Origin: Candidatus Tayloriibacteriota bacterium
GTDB taxonomy: Bacteria > Patescibacteriota > Minisyncoccia > Phycocordibacterales > PALSA-1337
DNA: 64,000 bases
Direction: 5' to 3'
Assembly (NCBI GenBank): GCA_028286665.1
Contig: JAQBRD010000031.1
Span: 155 to 64,154, forward strand
Below, piece by piece: positions 57,478-64,000 of the stretch; within the stretch, counting starts at the first letter, position 1; each line of letters opens with the position of its first letter. The position numbers were made by a program, and so were the translations under genes. Below the pieces are notes generated by a model, which was given only the letters and a program-made list of their open reading frames with translations, did not search any database and was not told the DNA's origin.

Positions 57478-57786
57478 TCAGATGAATCTGCTAATCAAGC
57501 TCATGAAATGAAAGTAATAGAGAGCAAAGTCAATTAAGCCGACAATTATCAGCATATAACAAAGCTGCTTCAACTCATTGCCTTTGAATACATATTTGCT
57601 TGCCCATAAGGGTCGATCAGAAGCCGTAAAGCTTTTATTGAAATGTGCGTAAATGGCAACAGCGATCGATATGATGCCCATTATCATGAATATATCATCA
57701 CTGTCTGCGCCGGATTTCAAAAATGATGCGATCGCCGGAAGGATCAATAAGACTACGGCAAACCAAACCGGATGGAATCTTTTCAT
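57478..57786 (-). CDS. Small membrane protein
   Basis: Three hydrophobic segments; AT-rich. Confidence 0.6.
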   Translation of the reverse strand: MKRFHPVWFAVVLLILPAIASFLKSGADSDDIFMIMGIISIAVAIYAHFNKSFTASDRPLWASKYVFKGNELKQLCYMLIIVGLIDFALYYFHFMSLISRFI

Positions 57787-57811
57787 TTAGAAATGATAGC
57801 ACAGAAATAAG

Positions 57812-57903
57812 CCTGCGATCTCCTTCGCTTAGTCCTGCTTTCGTTCCTTCCATACTCTCAGACAAATAGAATAAGCTGGCTCACGCCAGCTTATTCTATT
57901 TGT
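57812..57903 (-). repeat. tRNA-linked antisense/structured element, degenerate copy C (after tRNA-Leu CAG)
   Basis: Terminator hairpin 57862-57903; degenerate inverted tRNA end TTCGTTCCTTCCATACTC; CCTGCGA..CCTTCG..TCC.GCTTTCG core. Confidence 0.65.
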
Positions 57904-57905
57904 TG

Positions 57906-57987
57906 TGAGCACGGAGGGACTCGAACCCTCAAGGATCACTCCATACGCTTCTGAGACGTACGCGTATACCAGTTCCGCCACGTGCTC
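57906..57987 (-). tRNA. tRNA-Leu(CAG)
   Basis: GAGCACG..CGTGCTC-A; TACGT-CTCAGAA-GCGTA. Confidence 0.95.
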
Positions 57988-58099
57988 ATTTATATCTTCA
58001 GAAGGGGACATGGGTATTATACACAGTGGATGGATTTGGTCACGCATAAAATCTGGGCGCAAAAGAAAAAGACGGCCAAGCCGTCTTTTTCTTTTGCTG

Positions 58100-58172
58100 T
58101 GCGCGATGAGGGGCTCGAACCCCCGACCTTTCCCGTGTAAAGGGACTGCTCTACCAACTGAGCTAATCGCGC
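58100..58172 (-). tRNA. tRNA-Val(UAC)
   Basis: GCGCGAT..ATCGCGC-A; anticodon loop TTTACAC. Confidence 0.95.
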
Positions 58173-58230
58173 GCATCCTTGCGTACCATGCTAGACTAAC
58201 GTATATTTCATGAATTATCAATACATCTCT

Positions 58231-59151
58231 ATGAAACCAGCCCCAAAAACAGCCAAAACAAAGAAAATCGCAAAAGCTTCAAAAAAAGCCGTGAAAGCGA
58301 TACAAGGCCCGAAACTTCCGAAAATCGAAGTCCTCTATGAAGATGCGAATATCGTCGCCATCAACAAGCCATCCGGCTTGGTCGTGCATTCTGATGGAAA
58401 GACCGATGAGGTATTCCTCACTGATTGGATCCTCAAGCATTATCCGAAGGCGAAGAACGTCGGCGAACCGATCGTCACGAATGAAACCGTCGGCGCAGAC
58501 GGCGCGAAGCGGGAATCGCAGACGATCTATCGTCCGGGCATCGTCCATCGCCTCGACCGAGACACGTCCGGCGTCATGCTCATCGCAAAGACGAAAGCAG
58601 GGCACGCGCATCTGAAGACGCAGTTCCAGGAGCATACGATCAAGAAGAAGTACTTCGCATTCCTCTATGGAGAATTGAAAGAAGAATGGGGCATCATCGA
58701 TCGTCCGATCGGACGCAGCACTGGCGACTTCCGAAAATGGTCCGCTACCCGCGGCGCACGAGGGGAGCTTCGTCCTGCGCAGACCTGGTGGAACCTCATC
58801 AAGGCCGGTTACGACAAGGATGTTACTGGAAAGTATTCGTTCGTCCAAGCAGAACCGAAGACTGGCCGCACGCATCAGATCCGCGTCCATTTCAAGGCGA
58901 TCAATCATCCAGTCGTCGCAGACAAGCTCTATGGAGGCGAAAAGCCGCCAGGACTCGGGTTCACTCGAACTGCGCTCCATGCTTCGACTATCACATTCAT
59001 CCCAGTCGGCACGAAGGCAAAGCCGGGCAAGCCGGTCACTGTGAACGCTCCATTCCCCGCGGATTTCCTCCATGCGATGAGCGAAATGGACGTGGTCATG
59101 CCGGCGACGATCGGAAAGAATCTCTCGAAAACCCGCAGCACTATTGCGTAA
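58231..59151 (+). CDS. RluA/RluD-family pseudouridine synthase
   Basis: NKPSGLVVH, RPGIVHRLDRDTSG, TGRTHQIRVH, LHA. Confidence 0.96.
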   Translation: MKPAPKTAKTKKIAKASKKAVKAIQGPKLPKIEVLYEDANIVAINKPSGLVVHSDGKTDEVFLTDWILKHYPKAKNVGEPIVTNETVGADGAKRESQTIYRPGIVHRLDRDTSGVMLIAKTKAGHAHLKTQFQEHTIKKKYFAFLYGELKEEWGIIDRPIGRSTGDFRKWSATRGARGELRPAQTWWNLIKAGYDKDVTGKYSFVQAEPKTGRTHQIRVHFKAINHPVVADKLYGGEKPPGLGFTRTALHASTITFIPVGTKAKPGKPVTVNAPFPADFLHAMSEMDVVMPATIGKNLSKTRSTIA

Positions 59152-59196
59152 TTTAGCCCCCTATGTTACATTAGTCGGCACTGATTAGCATCATTT

Positions 59197-59655
59197 ATGG
59201 CAACAAAAACCCCAATTACGACAGTAAATATCGACGAACGAAAGAATCTCGGCCTCCGATCTGGAGACACGGTTCGTGTTTGGCAGAAGATCAAGGAAGG
59301 AGAAGGCAAGGAAGGAAAGATCCGACTTCAGGCATTCGAGGGACTCGTTCTCGCGAACAAGCACGGCACTGAAGCAGGCGCTACATTCACGGTCCGAAAG
59401 GTCATGGACGGCGTCGGCGTAGAAAGGATCTACCCGCTCTTCTCCCCGATGATCGACAAGATCGAGGTCCTCCGACGATCGAAGGTACGACGAGCGAAGC
59501 TCTACTTCGTCCGAGACAAAGCCGCGAAGGAAATCCGACACCAGATGCGACGCATGCTCAAGCTCGAGCCAGGACAGAACACTGACACGAAGCACAATAT
59601 CGCAGCGAAGCCGGAAGCGAAAGCCGAAGCAGCCTCAGAAGAGGTCGCAGCATAA
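59197..59655 (+). CDS. rplS: 50S ribosomal protein L19
   Basis: GDTVRV, RLQAFEG, FTVRK, GVGVER, VRRAKLYF. Confidence 0.97.
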   Translation: MATKTPITTVNIDERKNLGLRSGDTVRVWQKIKEGEGKEGKIRLQAFEGLVLANKHGTEAGATFTVRKVMDGVGVERIYPLFSPMIDKIEVLRRSKVRRAKLYFVRDKAAKEIRHQMRRMLKLEPGQNTDTKHNIAAKPEAKAEAASEEVAA

Positions 59656-59660
59656 CTCAA

Positions 59661-59694
59661 AAAACAGAAGACCGCGAAAGCGGTTTTTTGTTTT
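59661..59694 (+). terminator. Intrinsic terminator after rplS
   Basis: ACCGC-GAAA-GCGGT followed by T-tract. Confidence 0.8.
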
Positions 59695-59763
59695 CAGGCA
59701 TGATTTTCGACAAAGGTTGAAAATAAGTAAGATATCGGCTATAGTGGTGAAGTTCGAAAATAT

Positions 59764-59850
59764 GCGCAGGTGGCGAAACTGGCAGACGCACTACCTTGAG
59801 GTGGTAGCGCCCTCACGGGCTTGGAGGTTCAAATCCTCTCCTGCGCACCA
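59764..59850 (+). tRNA. tRNA-Leu(GAG)
   Basis: GCGCAGG..CCTGCGC-A-CCA; CTACC-TTGAGGT-GGTAG. Confidence 0.96.
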
Positions 59851-60008
59851 AATGAAAAGACCGAGCTATGCTCGGTCTTTTCATTTGCGCAGAGCGAAGC
59901 GCACGGGCGCTTCGCGTGAGAGGATTTGAAAAGTCTGAGTATGTTTTCAAGCTTGCGGAGCAAGCGATAAAACTCGAAGACTATACCGATCCCGTAGGGA
60001 TCAAATCC
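59851..60008 (+). repeat. tRNA-linked antisense/structured element, variant copy D (after tRNA-Leu GAG)
   Basis: Terminator hairpin; antisense tRNA end TGCGCAG (59886-92) + GAGAGGATTTGAA (59918-30) split by a GCGAAGCGC hairpin; then nested hairpins. Confidence 0.75.
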
Positions 60009-60067
60009 GTACCACTGTCCCCACAACTCTCTCATGCTATCCGCACATGTGGGGTATACTGTACCTC

Positions 60068-61456
60068 ATGAACCCACAAAACAATCCGAACGAGATCAAT
60101 CCCAATGATCTGTTCCCGCAGCGTCCCGCATATCAGCAGACTCCGCCTTCTTCTCCTGCCGGCGGAATTGGGCAGCAGCCGACTCCTGCGATGACTACGC
60201 ACAAAAGCCACCTCCTGATCAAGGTCATTATCGTCATCATACTTCTCCTTATCGCGGGAGGCGTAGCTTCGGCATTCTATCTGAATATATTCCAGTCGCC
60301 TGAAACAACGGTGAAGAACACAGCATACTCGGCCGACAAGCTCCTCTCGGCGCATACTGAAGGGGTCATCGACGTCAGCTTCACGCAGAGCGGCAAAGCG
60401 AACTCGTTCAAGGTCACCATGTCGACCGATGCTGACAAGTCAGATGCGAAGAATCCGAATATATCGAGCAAGATCGCATTCGCGGGCATGGGCCTGACCG
60501 CTGATGCCGATGTCCGATATATCGACAATACACTGTATCTCAGGGTGAATCAGTTTCCGCTGAGCGGCATGATTCCCGGAACCACCAATATCCAGGGCGT
60601 CTGGTATTCAGTTACGAAGCAGGAGATCGAGGATTATTCGAAGCAGTATGGAAGCAAGACTCCTGCCGCTTTGCAGGATCCGAAGAACATCCCGCACGTG
60701 AGCGATCTGTATGATATCTTCAAAAGCAGCCATTTCATCGGCGACATAACATCGCAGGGAATTTCGAAGGGCAAGGATGGATCCTATGTAAGGACATACT
60801 CGATCCCCATCCAGAAAGAGCATCTCTCTGAAGCGTTGATCGCATTGGTCAGCAAATACGATCCGACCGGCAAATCGATTCCGAATGTCGAAGAAGCGAA
60901 GAAGGAATTCGATTCGATCCTGAATGATTTCACGTTCGATACGGCCACCGTCGAAGTCGGACTTTTCGATCAGCAGGTGAGAAGCGTCGCGTTCGGCATT
61001 GGATTCAACCCGACAGGGAAGGCCACAATTCCTTCATTCGGAGGCGGACATGTCGGCGTCCGAAGCGAATACTCGAAGATAAACCAGAAGCTCTCCTTCG
61101 AGAAGCCTGCAGACGCGCAGTCGCTCACGAAGCTCATCGAGGCTTCGATGGGGCAGTCGCAGCAGAAGGCGCAAGATGCGATGATCAAGTCGTATCTCAT
61201 GAGTCTCAGACCATCCAGCGCGCTTTATTTCGATAAGAATCATGGCACATATGTCGGATTCTGCGGATCGAATGATGTAAAAAATATGAATGATACGCTT
61301 GCAGCGAAGCAAGGACACAGCCCACTCAATTGCCTATCCGACGCGAGCAAATTCATTGCCTTCGTGCCGCTCTCAGATCAAACATATTTCTGCGTTGATT
61401 CTGCCGGAGCAGCCGTTACGATCCCCGGAATTCCTGTCAGCAAGAGCTGCAAGTAG
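60068..61456 (+). CDS. Membrane-anchored protein with C-terminal pilin-head-like domain
   Basis: Pro/Gln-rich N-terminus, TM, beta-rich body, C-terminal KAQDA.IKS.L..LR....YF..N.G.Y...C...FCVDS.G...C. Confidence 0.7.
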   Translation: MNPQNNPNEINPNDLFPQRPAYQQTPPSSPAGGIGQQPTPAMTTHKSHLLIKVIIVIILLLIAGGVASAFYLNIFQSPETTVKNTAYSADKLLSAHTEGVIDVSFTQSGKANSFKVTMSTDADKSDAKNPNISSKIAFAGMGLTADADVRYIDNTLYLRVNQFPLSGMIPGTTNIQGVWYSVTKQEIEDYSKQYGSKTPAALQDPKNIPHVSDLYDIFKSSHFIGDITSQGISKGKDGSYVRTYSIPIQKEHLSEALIALVSKYDPTGKSIPNVEEAKKEFDSILNDFTFDTATVEVGLFDQQVRSVAFGIGFNPTGKATIPSFGGGHVGVRSEYSKINQKLSFEKPADAQSLTKLIEASMGQSQQKAQDAMIKSYLMSLRPSSALYFDKNHGTYVGFCGSNDVKNMNDTLAAKQGHSPLNCLSDASKFIAFVPLSDQTYFCVDSAGAAVTIPGIPVSKSCK

Positions 61457-61536
61457 TAATGGCTGTGTCTGAAAAACTGGCGAGGAATCGATAAATCTGT
61501 TATAACTGTAACGCCCCTCATGGGGCGTTCGGTCAT

Positions 61537-61609
61537 GGTGGCTATGGTGTAACGGTTAACACTGGAGCTTGTGGAGCTCTCAATTCGGGTTCGATTCCCG
61601 ATAGCCACC
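61537..61609 (+). tRNA. tRNA-His(GUG)
   Basis: G-1 encoded, GTGGCTA..TAGCCAC-C; GGAGC-TTGTGGA-GCTCT. Confidence 0.95.
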
Positions 61610-61795
61610 CACGACTTATTTTTGGCATTTTCTGCCACGCCGAAGAACCGCTCTCTGTAGCGGTTTTTCGATTATAGCCCTTCCGGTGTTTACTTCGGTA
61701 GGTGCCGTTTCTTGCCGGAAGCGGTAAACAAGTAAACAAAACCGCTGCCAGGACGACAACGGATTTCAGCCCGCAAAATCAAAAGCCTTGATAAC

Positions 61796-64000
61796 TTACG
61801 ATTCTTTTCGTTTCTGAACAGTTTCAATAAAACCAACAATTGCATTGAGATCTTTCTCGATTTCGTCTGGAAGAGGAAGATCCACTGGAGCTTCGTCCGA
61901 CTGTGAATGCTCGTAACGGGAATACGTCGTCATCATCTCGTCGACAAACTTGCAATCCTCGACAGTGATTTTTGCGAGGTGTTCAATTTTGCCTTTGGTC
62001 TGAACTTCGGCGCTGTGGCGGCGGACAACTCCAGCCAGAAGATCAGTCTCAACAACCTGTTCCAGTAAAATACGAATGTCTCGGCACAGCGCCTTTGCCT
62101 CTTGTTCATACTGCACATCGCCTGCTTCCAACGCCGTTCTTGCCGCACCCAATCGTTCGTTCAAAAAGCGTCTTCCTGTTTGCTTCGTTTTTGTGAGTGT
62201 GATGGGGAGGTCCGCGATATCGCCCTTCCTGCTTTTACTAAGGCAAACGATTGTTTTCTCGATCTTTTCTTTGTCCGTATATTTTTCTAAAAGTCCGATC
62301 AATGAGAGTCGGTGCGTAAAAACAATCACTTGGCGGTTTTTGCTGAGCTCGACAAGACGTTTAGCTGTAGCTTCTTCGTAAACTTGGTCCAGTGAAGAAA
62401 TTGGATCATCAAATACAAACGGCGTTTTCGCTCCTCGACCTTCGGTATCAGCGAGAAACGCAGCTAGAGAAATTATCCGACATTCGCCTTCGCTCAAGAC
62501 GTCGGAGGTTTTTGCGTTCTTGTTGCGACAGTCTTTCAGAAACAACTGGTGATAAACGTGTCCAACGTCGGTCCTTGTCTTTTTCAGATGAACAGGAATC
62601 CGATGAGCCTTAAGCGCAAGCAATTCGGTGGTGAAGCGCTGGGTATACGCTTTCGTTATCAACTCGTCGGCAAGAGTAGATTTTTTTCGGGAAAGGGCTG
62701 CCGTATTGGTTAGAGCACTCGCTGCTTCCAATTTCTTAACTTTAGAAAGGCGAAGTATCTCGGCATCAATAGCCGTCCTTTGTTCGTGCATCCATTTCCT
62801 AGCCGCCAAGTTTTTTCGGGTTTGCTCAAGCGCCGGCCTGTTTTCACTCTTCGCGTCTTTTTCATAACCCCGAGCTTCCTTCGAAAGACTTCGGGCAGCC
62901 TGTGCTATCGGCATCAGGTATGATCTTTTTGGAAGGGAAGATACCTCACTTATCTTGAATGCTGTAAGGCATGAAGATTTTCTGTTTATTATTGCTGATA
63001 CGAATTCTACGATCGAGGCTCGGTCCGCTTTCTCTAGAATCGCCACCGCGTCCATCGTTAACGCCAGTGCGTCGGTCGTCGGAATATTCGGAAACTCAGC
63101 TTCAAGGCTTTGGGTTAGTTGTTCGGCTTTGCGTGCCAGCTTCTGTAATTCTCCTTTGATGAATGTTTCAAATGACTGATGCCGATCGCAACCCTCCGGG
63201 TCGAGGTGTTGCTGACAGAGGACACATCGCGTATCGTCGGCGATATTCGGAAAATCCGCTCCAGGGTAAGCGTGTTCGGTTGAATATGCACGAGCGGCTT
63301 CCCATAAAAGTTGCCAAGATTTCGATCCGACTCCGGCCAACGGCGCTTTTTCGAAGACTTTGTTCGCGTCTTCGTTTGCAGCTTTTCGTTTGGCAATAGC
63401 ATCATTCTTAGCTTCCAGGTATTCCGTACATTTTTCTTCTGAAAAACCGTCGCTGAGCTGCTTCAGCGACTGCAACAGCTTTATCGTCGTTTCAATCTGC
63501 CTATTCACTTTGCTGGCTTTTGCGGCAGGGTCTGCTTCTGAAAGTCTTTTGTTTATGTCGGTGAGTTCTTTATTGTCTGCGGTTGTCCACTTTGCAGCAC
63601 TATCTACACCAACGGTCGTCGTAGCCGCCGTGATGCTTTTATACCATGCAGCCGCAGTTGTTGTTGAAAACTCATGGGGGAAGACGGGTAATTTTGAAAC
63701 GTTTACCCGGATTTGGGTCTGAATCAAACCGCCAACGCTTTCGCAAACGCCAGTTAGACGAGTAAAGAGCCTCAACAGCCACGGCTCGAACGCCACCTCA
63801 TTTTCGCTGTTTACATACACATATCCGCAAGCCGTATCAAAAATGTCGGTACCAAGGAGTTCGGACAACGCTTTACCGGACCATTGTGAAGATTTACCGA
63901 TGGCGTTTTCCGTGAATGTAAATGTCGCGGTCTGTGCTTGTGGACCATCCTTAAATATATCTGTTAAGAGTGCTCCCGGATGTCTCGCGCCGCACACATG
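61796..64000 (-). CDS. ABC/SMC-like AAA_13 ATPase with zinc hook (RloC-like); N-terminus outside window
   Basis: Frame open to window end; CVLCQQ hook in coiled coil; LSEGE signature, FDDPISSLD Walker B/D-loop, VFTH. Confidence 0.85.
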   Translation of the reverse strand, partial: HVCGARHPGALLTDIFKDGPQAQTATFTFTENAIGKSSQWSGKALSELLGTDIFDTACGYVYVNSENEVAFEPWLLRLFTRLTGVCESVGGLIQTQIRVNVSKLPVFPHEFSTTTAAAWYKSITAATTTVGVDSAAKWTTADNKELTDINKRLSEADPAAKASKVNRQIETTIKLLQSLKQLSDGFSEEKCTEYLEAKNDAIAKRKAANEDANKVFEKAPLAGVGSKSWQLLWEAARAYSTEHAYPGADFPNIADDTRCVLCQQHLDPEGCDRHQSFETFIKGELQKLARKAEQLTQSLEAEFPNIPTTDALALTMDAVAILEKADRASIVEFVSAIINRKSSCLTAFKISEVSSLPKRSYLMPIAQAARSLSKEARGYEKDAKSENRPALEQTRKNLAARKWMHEQRTAIDAEILRLSKVKKLEAASALTNTAALSRKKSTLADELITKAYTQRFTTELLALKAHRIPVHLKKTRTDVGHVYHQLFLKDCRNKNAKTSDVLSEGECRIISLAAFLADTEGRGAKTPFVFDDPISSLDQVYEEATAKRLVELSKNRQVIVFTHRLSLIGLLEKYTDKEKIEKTIVCLSKSRKGDIADLPITLTKTKQTGRRFLNERLGAARTALEAGDVQYEQEAKALCRDIRILLEQVVETDLLAGVVRRHSAEVQTKGKIEHLAKITVEDCKFVDEMMTTYSRYEHSQSDEAPVDLPLPDEIEKDLNAIVGFIETVQKRKES

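Noticed and set aside
58055-58099. Antisense tRNA copy after tRNA-Val
   Set aside because: Only TGCGC (5 nt) matches and no constant block follows; could be chance. tRNA-Lys, Arg(UCU) and His also lack the element.
57829-58221. ORFs overlapping tRNA genes (also 45720-46026, 55895-56287, 59717-59929, 61378-61638)
   Set aside because: Spurious frames across tRNAs and hairpins.

Overview
Origin-proximal chromosomal segment of a bacterium that looks like a Patescibacteria/CPR (Parcubacteria-type) genome. The evidence is a reduced gene set, orphan type IV pilus genes, short YebC, tRNA-Arg(GCG) and many apparently leaderless genes. It opens with dnaA (5'-truncated), oriC (DnaA boxes plus TAA trios) and dnaN. 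It continues through housekeeping genes (PBP1A, tyrS, ruvC/yebC, ruvB, pilB, tsaE, polA, holA, mutM, murE, ruvA, rpsT, ruvX, pilMNO, rluA, rplS) and eight tRNAs. Two repeated architectures stand out. (1) Four tRNA genes are followed, after their terminator hairpin, by an antisense copy of their own 3' end (T-loop to discriminator) fused to a shared structured element. (2) Five TrmB-family regulators are each divergently paired with a cargo gene (four membrane-anchored LivJ-type ligand-binding proteins with no permease in the window, one methyltransferase), with palindromic operators between them. Also present: an att-flanked one-gene islet at tRNA-Lys, an island starting at tRNA-His with an RloC-like ATPase, an orphan Pycsar-type membrane effector, a Verrucomicrobia-like CAP protein and a 1870-aa surface metallopeptidase. 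All calls are from reading the sequence; no database searches were run.
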